A DNA stretch of 64,000 bases from Eledone cirrhosa. Taxonomy: Eukaryota. The notes beneath the pieces are model-generated. The model saw nothing but the letters and a program-made list of their open reading frames with translations, did no database searches and was not told the DNA's origin. The translations under genes were made by a program, and so were the position numbers. The DNA is taken from assembly GCA_964016885.1 (NCBI GenBank), contig OZ024761.1, positions 28,024,001 to 28,088,000 on the forward strand. The letters are read 5' to 3'. Positions 32,491 to 45,049 of this stretch are shown here, piece by piece (within the stretch, counting starts at the first letter, position 1; every line of letters starts with the position of its first letter).

Positions 32491-32902
32491 TCATATCATT
32501 TTACTGCGGTCAGGCTCGGCCTTATTTTATTTCATCATATGCAGTCTTTTTGTTATTTTATCGATCGTCTCTTTGTTTTTGTAGACCAGTGAAACACACG
32601 CAGCATAAATATAGACACAGACACAAGTTATACACATACATATACGCACTAACATTCACACACGAACATTAAAAACAAAATTTGTTTCCGCTCAAACCTG
32701 GTGGATACCTAAATGTATAACGTGAGTAAATAATAATAATAATATTATTCATGTTCGGTTCGTTTGCAAGCAAACAGCCTCATAACACCATGTTTGTTTT
32801 TACGTTGAATGCCGTCATCGTTTTGGTCGATCGACAAACAAAATACAGATGGAATTAGGAGTCCGTTTTCTTGAAAATGGACCAAATATTTATATTAATA
32901 TT

Positions 32903-32937
<35 letters not shown>

Positions 32938-32942
<5 letters not shown>

Positions 32943-33350
32943 AAATAAAAAGTCAAATGTTTAAAATTTAGCTTCGTTTATTAATGCTATATATATTTCG
33001 GTGACAGCGATCTTTGGCTGTGACCTCTCCAGGCAGTCCGAATTAGTGTTGTATAGACAAGTACATATGTTGTTTAGGTGTATAATTTTGTCAATGCTCT
33101 GGTATGCCCAGTTCCTGATATCATATGATATCATATCATATGATTCCAGTTCCTCAGTGAAATAACAACCCAACCAGGAACTGGGCATACCAGAGTATTG
33201 ACAAAATTATACACCTCAACAACATATGTACTTGTCTATACAACACTAATTCGGACTGCATGGAGAGGTCACAGCCAAAGATCGCTGTCACCGAAATATA
33301 TATAGCAGTAATAAACGAAGCTAAATTTTAAACATTTGACTTTTTATTTT

Positions 33351-33355
<5 letters not shown>
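32938..33355. mobile_element. Fold-back module with two family B hammerhead motifs (A6G core)
   Basis: ~180 bp arms; motifs at 32984-33037 (-) and 33255-33309 (+). Confidence 0.8.
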
Positions 33356-33430
<75 letters not shown>

Positions 33431-33533
33431 TATATATATAGTGTATTTTGCAATACACTGTATGCTTAATTAAAAGCATTTCGAAGAACTTACGCTATTG
33501 TTTTAGAGTAGTGACAGTTTCACTTACTTTAAA

Positions 33534-33626
33534 TTTTCAGCAAACAGGGGAGATAAAGATGACAGACCTCTGTTTCGTACTTTTTGGTACTTATCAAAGC
33601 TAAGTACTCCACCTGTTTGCTGAAAA
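33534..33626 (-). ncRNA. Extended type I hammerhead, U3-A8 core (family I)
   Basis: Minus: UUUUCAGCAAACAGGUGGAG-uacuu-AGCU-UUGAUAA-GUAC..GUAC-GAAA-CAGAGGUCUG-UC/AUCU-uuau-CUCCCCUGUUUGCUGAAAA. Confidence 0.75.
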
Positions 33627-33899
33627 TCATGAATGTTCGATTCTTATAGAATTCTAGTAATAATCAGGAACTGATTATACAGAGCGGTTGCCGGTCAAGC
33701 AGAAATTGAAAATTAGAATTGGTGAGACTGTCACTATAAAACAATTAAGCGTTAGGTCTTCGAAATGCTTTTAATTAATAATATATATCGCTATTTCAGA
33801 GCACCAATTCTAATTTTCAATATCTGCTTGACCAGCAACCGCTCTGTATAATCAGTTCCTGATTATTACTAGAATTCTATAAGAATCAAACATTCCTGA

Positions 33900-33992
33900 T
33901 TTTCAGCAAAAAGGTGGAGTACTTAGTTTTGATAAGTACCAACAAGTACGAAACAGAGTTCTCTCAGCTTTATCTCCCCTGTTTGCTGAAAA
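33900..33992 (+). ncRNA. Extended type I hammerhead, U3-A8 core (family I)
   Basis: AGUU-UUGAUAA-GUAC-caacaa-GUAC-GAAA-CAGAGUUCUC-UC/AGCU with long outer stem. Confidence 0.7.
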
Positions 33993-34182
33993 TGTAAAGT
34001 AAGTGAGACTGTCAGTACTCTAAAACAATAGCGTAAGGTCTTCGAAATGATTTTAATTAAGCATACAGTGTATTGCGAAATACACTATATATACATCGCT
34101 ATTTCAGAGTACCAATTCTAATTTTATATATATATATGTATATATATTTTATATATATAATTTTCTCATTACCACTAAAAGG

Positions 34183-34268
34183 GTTCTGACGAGCCGTGGA
34201 TTACAGAGTCGGGCTAGATAGATACAGATCGAACCTTGAGCTGATCTATAGCAGAAGGCGCGTCACTA
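34183..34268 (+). ncRNA. Hammerhead motif family C, decayed GAAA
   Basis: CUGACGA-GC...AGC-AGAA-GGCGCG-UC; aligns to 11856-11940. Confidence 0.45.
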
Positions 34269-34309
34269 CTCAATAAACGTAATGAAGACATTACAATTCG
34301 TTATTTCAC

Positions 34310-34377
<68 letters not shown>

Positions 34378-34462
34378 TACTTGCTTTACCGTTTTTATTT
34401 ATTTATATATATATATAATATCCTTGCCGGGCCCTCTTCGGATTTTAATCTTCACATTTATT

Positions 34463-34679
34463 ATTGGCAATATCGGTAGAGGGTCAGATGCCATGCTTTG
34501 CAGCAAAGAGTTACGCCCCTTTATGGTCTGAGTTCAAATCCTGCCGAGGTTAACTTTGCCTTTCATCCTTATGTTGTCGATAAAATAAAGTACCAGTCAC
34601 GCACTCTGGTCGATTTAATCGACATTCCCCTCCTCCCCCCAAATTACTGGCCTTGTGCCTATATAAGAAACCATTATTA
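34463..34679 (+). mobile_element. tRNA-derived SINE, long-tail subfamily
   Basis: Consensus head, B box and core. Confidence 0.9.
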
Positions 34680-34716
34680 GTGGTAGTTGTAGTAGTAGTA
34701 GTAATAGTAGTAGTTA

Positions 34717-34786
<70 letters not shown>

Positions 34787-35030
34787 AGTCGTGGTGGTGG
34801 CGGTGGTGGTTTTAGTAATGTAACCTCTCTTGTACCAACTGCCAATACCTCTATCATCATCGTCACCGCCACCACCATCTTCACCTCCACCGCAGTCACC
34901 ATCACCACGGACACCGCTTCCACCACCAACACCGCAGGCACCATCGCCACAACTAAAGACACCACCACCACCACCTCCACAAGCATCAACAGCGCCACCA
35001 CTACTACAACTAACGCTACAACCATCCAAT
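34680..35030. repeat. (TAG)n / (CCA)n low-complexity tract
   Basis: Direct. Confidence 0.85.
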
Positions 35031-35299
35031 AGGTAATGTAATTAGAGTATTGAGGCCGTTATTCTACGTCAAAAACGATTGGAGCGTGCGAAAGTTTACT
35101 GCGTAGCGGCCATCTTTATGTGTATAATTAGAAACGGTGAGCTCAGGGAAATAGCTCAAGTAGGCCAATAGTGGATATATAAAAACTGCCGATAGACAGT
35201 GGATGATGTATGGAAATTGTGTCTCGTTTGTCTGTCTTTTAGTTCGAGAAAGAACACATTATATATTTATATATACTTGACTACACATATATAAATAAG

Positions 35300-35427
<128 letters not shown>

Positions 35428-35518
35428 CGAAGGAAATGTGGTAAGGAACCAGGTGGACCATAACGCACCAAAGTACTCAATACTTGAGGTAGTAGAGTGG
35501 GTAATAGGAACCAGTAAG

Positions 35519-35612
35519 ACCCCGACAGCTGAGCTCAAGCCGTTTCGACGGCTAATTCTGGACTAAATGAAAATTTATCCTGGTATTTAAATAGCCGATC
35601 TTCTCAAGGGGT
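35519..35612 (-). ncRNA. Type I hammerhead, U3-A8 core (family G)
   Basis: Reverse complement of 36000-36093. Confidence 0.75.
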
Positions 35613-35782
35613 AATTCCATATATGGTCAAAGTGATTGTCAAAAATCAGTAGTAATTCTGTGGTTGCAAATTAGTAGGGGAGATGGTGACTAAACCTGCC
35701 AGTAGTCACCATCTCCCCTACTAATTTGCAACCACAGAATTACTACTGATTTTTGACAATCACTTTGACCATATATGGAATT

Positions 35783-35876
35783 ACCCCTTGAGAAGATCGG
35801 CTATTTAAATACCAGGATAAATATTCATTTAGTCCAGAATTAGCCGTCGAAACGGCTTGAGCTCAGCTGTCGGGGT
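35783..35876 (+). ncRNA. Type I hammerhead, U3-A8 core (family G)
   Basis: ACCCC-UUGAGAA-GAuCGGCUA...UAGCCGUC-GAAA-CGGCU-ugagcuc-AGCUG-UC/GGGGU. Confidence 0.78.
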
Positions 35877-35999
35877 CTTACTGGTTCCTATTACCCCCTC
35901 TTTCTCCTACTGGCAGGTTTAGTCACCATCTCCCCTACTAATTTGCAACCACAGAATTACTACTGATTTTTGACAATCACTTTGACCATATATGGAATT

Positions 36000-36093
36000 A
36001 CCCCTTGAGAAGATCGGCTATTTAAATACCAGGATAAATTTTCATTTAGTCCAGAATTAGCCGTCGAAACGGCTTGAGCTCAGCTGTCGGGGT
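36000..36093 (+). ncRNA. Type I hammerhead, U3-A8 core (family G)
   Basis: Same fold as 35783, 217 nt downstream. Confidence 0.78.
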
Positions 36094-36103
36094 CTTACTG
36101 GTT

Positions 36104-36211
<108 letters not shown>

Positions 36212-36217
36212 TATATA

Positions 36218-37138
36218 AATGAACATTCCAATAACTTAAATAAAAGACCTAGATACAAAAATATGATTTGGTACAACGCTCCTTTTTCTCTATCTATTAC
36301 TAGTAATATTCCTAAACTATTTTTTAGGGCCTTAGATAAATACTTCCCTCCATCGCATATCTATAGTAAGATCTTTAACAAACATACAATCAAATTCTCT
36401 TATTCCACCACTTCCAACATCTCTAACATTATCGCTAAGCATAATAATAAAATATTAAATAATAAATTATGTCTATCCAACACTGAGCGTCATAAAAATA
36501 GTAATAGTAAACCCGACGTCAATGTTAATTCTAGGCTAGATACAGTAAATTTAAATACGACGTCAAACGTAACTTTGTCGAATGTTCATAACACCAATCT
36601 AAATCAGGAATCTTTAGCACCTATCGTAAATAACTTCTCCAATCCAATTCCTTCTATAAATAATACTAGGTCACTTGTTAATAACTCTGGTAATTTCTCC
36701 AATCGTAATTGTAATTGCCTGTTAGAACTAAATGTCTTCTTAATAACCAAAGTCTTGATAATAATTTAGTGTATGAATGTAAGGTTATAACTGGTACTAA
36801 TTCTTTTACCTATTTTGGTTCCACTTCCACTTCCTTTAAAGCAAGATTTTATAATCACAATTCGTCTTTTAAATACCAACTTAAAAGAACTAACACGGCA
36901 GTCTCAGAACTCATATGGTCCTTAAAAGACAAAAATATTAACTAGAACATTTCTTGGAGGAAGGTTTGCAACGACTCTCCTTACCGGATTTTCTTCCCTA
37001 TCCACAACATGTAATGTCTACCTAGCCGAGAAATTTACCATTATCTCTAATTTTAATTCTATAATAAATAGACGTACGAATTTATTTTCGCTCTGCTTGC
37101 ATAAATCCCATATAACTTTCCATAAAGTATACAGCTAA
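36218..37138 (+). pseudogene. Penelope-like element ORF remnant (RT thumb, Cys linker, GIY-YIG endonuclease), Naiad-like
   Basis: IWYNAPFS...[31 protein letters not shown]; CNC..C; LVYECKV...YFGST..FKARFYNH..SF; CNVYLAEK..II...INRR...CLH; frameshifts and a stop. Confidence 0.88.
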
Positions 37139-38093
37139 TATCTCAATACCTAATTAGTTTAAAATCTTCTTTTCTCAAAGGCTTTTATATCTTTTACAAA
37201 TATACCCATCTTTCTACCTTATTTCAGTATATTATAGTATACAATTTACTCATTCTATGTCGTTATTTTTCTTCTTTTTTATCCTTTTTTGCTTTATTCC
37301 TTTTCTCTTTTTTTTTATTTCTAATCTTTAATCTGTAACTTTTACTTCTCAATTACTTCTTAACTCATATTATAACTCACTATAGCATTTTCCTTATATT
37401 GCTGGCCATACAAACTATATTTTTAATATATACTAATATTACCATTAGTAAATTTTGTAAACATATTTTTTTGACGTTATATATTTTTTCTTCCTTAAAT
37501 TTTCTTCTTTCTTCTCTCCTTCCGTGCTCGTATTAAACCTATTATTTACTTGTTCATATTACAATACATAGACACAAACTTAGACCTAATTCCTCTAAGT
37601 TCATAATTCATTTAATTTCTTCTTCATTCACCTTATCTCCTTAACATATATATTTTAATAATACATATTAATAAATTCCTTTTCGCACATCTTATTAAAC
37701 CCTTCAATATATAAACCTTAAATAAATAGTATTCTTAATTCCTTTTTCTTTAATCATAAACATCACAATTCATAAACCTCATTAACTTTTAATTTCAAAT
37801 TTTTTTAAAATTATGTATTATCTTACAACGGTTTTTTTTATTTCTCTCTGTGAGACAGTGTTTCTCAGTATTAAAGGCTATCTCTCTCTCTCTCTCTCAC
37901 TCATTTCTCATCCTTCCTTCTTATACTCCTCCTCCGTCATCCTTTATTTTCTTTCTTCATCTTCCTTTCCTTTCCTTGCCTCTTCCTTCTTTTTTTTCCC
38001 AATCTCATATATCCATCTTATTTTATTTTTCATATGTAGGTTTAACACTTCACTGTTCGCAAGTGTTTTTAAACTTCATATCATGTCTCCCTA

Positions 38094-38160
38094 TTTTATC
38101 TGAAGAGAACGCAAGTATCATCCCATGATGAAATTTGTTTTTGAAATGCGCATAATAAAA
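38094..38160 (+). ncRNA. Type I hammerhead at the 3' end of the Penelope element (family J)
   Basis: UUUUAU-CUGAAGA-[stem II]-GAAA-UGCGCA-UA/AUAAAA: 6-bp stem I, palindromic stem III. Confidence 0.8.
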
Positions 38161-38192
38161 TACATGGAACTCTTTTAACCATCTTTTGATCT

Positions 38193-38223
<31 letters not shown>

Positions 38224-38349
38224 AATATATATATATAGGCAATGAGTTATTTAATTTGTTAGTTATTCAACAAAATTAGTTTATAACAGATTAGAAGCAC
38301 TCTATTGAATTCTTCTGGTGTATAATATTAAAAGTCGTAATACTTTTGA

Positions 38350-38460
38350 TATTGAGTTCAAGTCCCGCCGAACTTAACTTTGCCTTTCATCCTCACGGGG
38401 TCGATTAAATAAAGTAATGGGTAATTGCTGGCCTTGTGCCATAAGTAGAAACAATTATAT
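38350..38460 (+). mobile_element. 5'-truncated SINE
   Basis: gagttcaagtccc...tttgcctttcatcc...ggccttgtgcc. Confidence 0.8.
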
Positions 38461-38644
38461 CATATATATATATTATATTATATGCATATATATATGTGTG
38501 TGTGCTACACCCCTCTCCCTCTTTCTTCTACTGGCAGGTTTAGCTACCCCTTCCCCCCACTAATTTGCCATCATAGAATTATTATGTCTCAACTACTAAC
38601 TTTGACCAATCCCTGTGACAAACACTTTGACCATATATGGAATT

Positions 38645-38738
38645 ACCCCCTGAGAAGCTCAGCTATTTAAATACCAGGATAAATTTTCATTTAGTCCAGA
38701 ATTAGCCGTCGAAACGGCTTGAGCTCAGCCGTCTGGGT
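38645..38738 (+). ncRNA. Family G hammerhead, diverged copy (C3-A8), in module 38500-38832
   Basis: ACCCC-CUGAGAA...GAAA-CGGCU-ugagcuc-AGCCG-UC/UGGGU. Confidence 0.6.
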
Positions 38739-38829
38739 CTTACACATTCCTATTACCCACTCTACTACCCTAAGTATTGAGTACTTTGGTGCGTTATGGT
38801 CCACCTGGTTCCTTACCACATTTCCTTCG

Positions 38830-38865
<36 letters not shown>

Positions 38866-38954
38866 GATCGATCGACTTTCGTCAAATCGGACCGAGGAAA
38901 CAATGTTTCCGTTGGTCTTTCCAGTTGCTAGTACTATCTATCAGTCGCAACTCC

Positions 38955-39082
38955 AGGTAGAAGGAGCAACGTGAAATAAAGTGTCTTGCTCAAGGACATA
39001 ACGCATCGCCCGGTCCAGGAATCGAACTCACAACCTCAAGATTGTGAATCCAATTCTCTAACCATTCAGCCACACGCCTTCA
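38955..39082 (-). mobile_element. CORE-like tRNA-derived SINE (second SINE family)
   Basis: Minus: gcgtgtggctgaatggttagag...gagttcgattcc...gtccttgagcaagacactttatttcacgttgctcc. Confidence 0.8.
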
Positions 39083-39480
39083 TATATATATATATATGTG
39101 TATATATATATATATACATTATATACTATTACTAACACCATTCAACCATTCCTTTCAAAGGGTCATGATCTCAACTAAAGTGAATTATTTTTCATCTCAA
39201 CATCATATAAAAAAAAACAATTTGATTGGTTAGTTCTTCAACTATCTCCAAATAAGGACAAGATACTAACATACTACTAATTCTGAATAAAATTATTATT
39301 GCTTTTGAAAACAGTTGGTGATATGCATGTAAGTAAATATTCTCTTTATCTGATATTTTGTAACTAAACTTACATAGATCAATAACGAAGTATAGCTACA
39401 ATGTATTATCATCACCTAGAAACGATCGTAAAGCAGTGGAGTATATCTCTAATGGCTTGATTTTTTAATTCGTTGTTTAA

Positions 39481-39528
<48 letters not shown>

Positions 39529-39562
39529 ATTAACTCTCTGGTGTGTTACCTTTTCAACATAT

Positions 39563-39618
<56 letters not shown>

Positions 39619-39629
39619 AATATCTTTAA

Positions 39630-39940
39630 GTCGTTTGGAAGCCTCGCCAATGCAAATGGGTAAATCTCCGGGTAACAAGGTCCGGTGGTGGAGAGAGAGA
39701 TGTAAGTGGGTGTACGTTGAGATGCGTGGTGTGTATAAGATGTGTAAGATGTGTAGAATGAAGGGAAGAGTATAAAGGATAGAATAAAAATAACAACACA
39801 AGAGAGAGTTACCTTGGGAGAGATTTAATAGTCCCTATATATTTCGGATTCACATCCATCAACTGGGGGTTTTTTCCGGGGTGGGGGAAAAGGTTGTCTG
39901 TCGGACAGGTCCGGAATGCGTCCTTCGTTATATGTTGTTT
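39630..39940 (-). mobile_element. Single copy of the 17636-18143 family; HHR-like motif at 39832-39870
   Basis: Alignable (ggaagcctc, ctccgggtaac, gggagagatttaat, tttcggatt). Confidence 0.7.
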
Positions 39941-40384
39941 TGAATATCTGATATATAAACACATCATATATATAAACATCATATATAGAAACATATCATA
40001 TATATAAACACATATTCAAACATACATACATATACATATGTTCATACACACAAGACAGAGTCTGCAACAAAATGTATTGACTTTATTTCCCAACATCTTT
40101 CGATTAACTAGTTTAGTTGGAATTGTTCCCCTTGTTTGTTTGTTTTTTTTACATTCTAAATTCCTTTAGACCGAAGCTATATTTACTAATTATACAGATT
40201 ATATTAATTTGTATTGTTTCATCCCACTATTTTACATATGTATGTATGGTATGGTTCGGTAACTCCTGATAGCGTCGTAGGGGTGCAGTATTTTCATACG
40301 GCGTTTCTTGGGCACTTTAAGCTTGGCGGAGCACATCCCTCTCCAAGCCTCAGTACAGCAGATTTCTTCCAGAGGGAGAGGAAG

Positions 40385-40890
40385 AATCGACCCCAGTACT
40401 TGACTGGTACGTTTATTACCGACCTCGAAAGGATGAAATGCAATCTTGACCTCGGCGGTATTTGAACTCAGAGGAGGAGAGATTCAGAACAAATAGAATA
40501 AAGATTTCTAGTATAGGCACAAGGCCAGTAATTTTGGAGGAGGGGAAAGTCGATTAAATCGGCCCCAGTATGTTACTGGTGTTTATTTTATCGACCCCGT
40601 AAGAATGAAAGACAAAGTAAACTTCAGCGGGTCTGAAACTCAGACCGTAAAGGCCCGTAACTCTATGCTGCAAAGCATGATGTCCGACTCTCTACCAATA
40701 TAATAAACAAGCTTCGGCCTCCAGGACGCATGGTAGATTTTTTTACATAGAGAGGTGACGAATTGGCAAAGTCGTTAGAAAGTTGGATTGAATGTTTTGT
40801 TGCGACTCTCTACACTCTGACTTCAAATACCGTCGAGGTCAACTTTGACTTTCATCATTTCCGAGACGATAAAATAAATACCTGTCCAAC
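40385..40890. mobile_element. Cluster of three SINEs (40385-40500 -, 40505-40700 -, 40753-40890 +)
   Basis: Each has a B box and gcctttcatc-like core. Confidence 0.8.
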
Positions 40891-42251
40891 ACTTGAATCG
40901 TTTTTACGATATATCTCTTTCTCACTTCCTCTCTATTGTCATTGTTCTTTCACCCTCTCCTCCTCTGAAAGAAATCAGCTGCGTTCAGATCTGGAGAAGT
41001 GAAAAGCTCCACCAGCTTTATAAGGCCCAAGATACGCTTTATGTTAACAAGGTGCCTCTGCGACATCACTAGTAGTTATAACTTCATATATACATATTAC
41101 ATGTGAGACTCAAGCGTATATAAACAACAAGATTAACGAGTTCATTCCTTGACAATGTAAATGTGAGAACAATTCACCATTTAGCTGCTATACCAATTAC
41201 CGATCGTGCCAGCAATTAGCTGATCTGGTAATTAGCCACCGTTTCACCAATTAGCTACGAGATTAACCAATTAAATATTTCAGAGTTAGAAATGAAATTC
41301 ATTTTGTAAGGACTTGACCTCCGGTCCCTTGGTGAACAGTCATGTGTATGTTTCACATAGGGCATATTAAGTACAAATACAAACATTTCTCAAATATTTG
41401 CTAACCTCTTTCAGCGTTAGTTAAGTTATACGCAAAATAAAACCAAACGGGGATTAGTGGAACTATTGTTTATTTAATGCACTAGTGTTTTTCAACACGC
41501 TGATGAGTGAATGAGTATACTACTGTAAATGCGAAAAAAGACAGACTAACGAAAATATAAACTCACAGACACACGCTCACACAAATACACATGGATTCAC
41601 ACAAACAAACATACGCACATTATGTGACGGACGGATGGAAGTCGCCCATATTTATATTTAGATGACAAACATTTAAAATAAGTAAGAAGGGGCGATCAAC
41701 CCTTAACGTCCAAGTCATTTTAATCACCTCAACGGAAGTCCTTCACTGCCGACCAGCTCAGTAATTGGTCTGCAGGAAAGTCACATCCATCAATAGTTCG
41801 TCTATATGAGATCACAGCAATGTTCTACTCTCGAGTCTCGAATAATCGTTCCCCCACACTACGCTTATACATTTTCAGATGTTTTTCAAACCCGTATTCT
41901 TATTCCAACACCCTCACCCCTGCTTACTAAATTTTGCTGATTTACCTCCGGCGAATTTTTCCTTTATACATAAAAAATAAAATAATATACACGACCAAAA
42001 ATGAACATCACAACAAATACCATACTTTGGGTTGGTATCTTAATATGTAAACTAAACCATTAATTTTGGTTTCTAAAAATATCACCCGAATATGCCAACT
42101 CCTCTGCCATCTGATGCGTGTGGTTTAATTAGATACATGACCCTCCCAAGGTATATAGATATATATTCGAAAACTCGATTTCATATCAAGAATCTGGCAA
42201 TACAAATATATAAAGGAAGTATATATACATATATATATGTGTGTGTGTGTA

Positions 42252-42315
<64 letters not shown>

Positions 42316-42398
42316 ACATATATATTCAGAATACATATATATGTACATATATGTATATATATGTACATATATATATATATATGTATATATCTATATAT

Positions 42399-42464
<66 letters not shown>

Positions 42465-42606
42465 TTTATATATGTCTGTGTGCGTATATATATGTGTGTG
42501 TGTATATATATGTATGTATGTGTATATATATAAATATGTATATATGTATGTATGCATATGCATATATATATATATCATGATATATATCTATATATACATA
42601 TATATC

Positions 42607-42639
<33 letters not shown>

Positions 42640-42802
42640 ATAAACATATGTGTGTGTGGGGGGGGGTGTTCGTAGCCTCACCAGGTGGTAACTAATTAAT
42701 AGTGGAACACTATCAGTAAATAAACGCTTCCATTAGAAGAACTAAGATGTGCCTTAGGGGGGTTCAAATGGTGTATCTGCCTACTTGACATACACGCACA
42801 CA

Positions 42803-42838
<36 letters not shown>

Positions 42839-42928
42839 TATATTTATACATACATACATACATACATGCATATATATATATATATTTATATATAATTATA
42901 CATATATATATATGAATATATATATATG

Positions 42929-43018
<90 letters not shown>

Positions 43019-43031
43019 TATATATAAATAT

Positions 43032-43105
<74 letters not shown>

Positions 43106-43208
43106 GTATGAATATATATATATGTATATATATATATATATGTATGTGTATATATGTATATATATATATGTATATATATATGTATGTATATATATATAAA
43201 TATATATA

Positions 43209-43445
43209 TATTAAAGAGTTAAACAAGATTCAATGAGTACATCAAAGAATGAGTTTCACAGTAGATTGGAAGCACTCAACAGATGTAGTTTCCAGAGTTA
43301 TGAAATATTAATTCAAATATTAACAAAATAGATATTCTTGTGATTAATTAAATTTTATTAAACATACTTCATAGGTACTGAAATATGTATAATAAAATTT
43401 AATTGATCACAAGAATATCTATTTCGTTAATATTTGAATTAATAA
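43209..43445. mobile_element. Truncated fold-back of the 56990-57386 family
   Basis: Reverse complement of the 57330-57386 tail; junction at ggtac/tgaaatatgtata within HHR stem II. Confidence 0.7.
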
Positions 43446-43488
43446 ATATATATATATATATATATATATTTGTATATATATATATATT

Positions 43489-43654
<166 letters not shown>

Positions 43655-43877
43655 TTTGTATATATCTATATTTATATATCTATATATATATTTATATATA
43701 TATATATATATATTTATTTATATATTTATATATATATTTATATATATATTTAAATATAATATATTTACATATATATTTATATATATATTTATATATATAT
43801 CTATTTATATATATTTATATATATATTTATATATATATATATACATATGCATGCATACATAGATATGCATATACACA

Positions 43878-43951
<74 letters not shown>

Positions 43952-43953
43952 AA

Positions 43954-44017
<64 letters not shown>

Positions 44018-44018
44018 A

Positions 44019-44115
<97 letters not shown>

Positions 44116-44142
44116 TACATATGTAATATACAATATATATAT

Positions 44143-45018
44143 AGTTATACTTTGGTCCAAGCGGGTTGGTATATAACCCGTAGCACCAATAATGATGGGT
44201 ATGAAGCTAAAGGTGTATCTTGGATACTGGATTTGTAAACTCCTCATCAATGGTCCGTAGATGTCCTCCTTCTCCTGTATTTTTCTGACAACGTTTACAT
44301 CAAGTGGGCAGCTGATCTCCACAACAGAACACGTTTTCAATGTGTGGTCCCAAACTACAATATCAGGCCGGTTGTGCTTTAATCTGGTGGCAGTTTTTAT
44401 TTTCAGGTTCCACCAGTATTCCTTAGTGCCATCTGTCTCAATATATTCTTCCTCGTTTGTTGTTAATTTTGTTTTCCGAAGTGCGTTCCAGATGGTTCTA
44501 GCTATTCCATCGTGTCTCATGGGGAGGTAGTAGCGAGATGACATTCTTTCGCAGCTGGCAACAATGTGGCTTACATCCTCGATCTTTGTTTTACATAGCC
44601 TACATTTATTGTCAGCTGCTGGCCCTCCTCTTTTGTGCAGCAGATATTTGGTAGGGAGTTCTTTTTCCTGTATTCCATAGAGATATCCCTCAAGGTGTGA
44701 TGTCATAAACTTGTCGGAACTCCATGCCAGGCTTTTTGAGTGGTTTATCCCCTCTATGGTCTGTGTTTTACGCCTCAAGTATCCATGCACAACTTTTTCT
44801 GTAAATTGGTCAATTTTTTTTTCTTGTTTGAACATTGAATAGGATCTTCCGATTTCTCTGGGTGAGAGATTTATATCGGGCTTTATTCCATATCTCTCCT
44901 CCAGATCAGTCGCTATTCTAATGATATTTCTTTTTTCATGGTCATAAACCTGGGCAAGATGGTTGCCAACCTTTTTCCTCTGTTGAAGGTGTTGCTTCAG
45001 TGTCACTATCCGGGTCTC

Positions 45019-45020
<2 letters not shown>
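44143..45020 (-). pseudogene. R4/Dong-clade non-LTR retrotransposon C-terminal region: CCHC zinc knuckle and restriction-like endonuclease
   Basis: ~290 stop-free codons: HG, IQE..L.T, CRLC...E...HIVASC, RHD, RPDIVV...[24 protein letters not shown]; both ends lost in microsatellites. Confidence 0.9.

Positions 45021-45049
<29 letters not shown>

Larger units (their letters stand above)
33433..34125. mobile_element. Fold-back module (~290 bp arms) with two family I hammerheads
   Basis: 33433-33724 inverted versus 33800-34092. Confidence 0.85.
36218..38195 (+). mobile_element. 5'-truncated Penelope-like element with ~1 kb pyrimidine-rich 3' UTR and terminal hammerhead
   Basis: ORF remnant, UTR and HHR at 38094; (TA)n on both sides. 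Confidence 0.8.
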
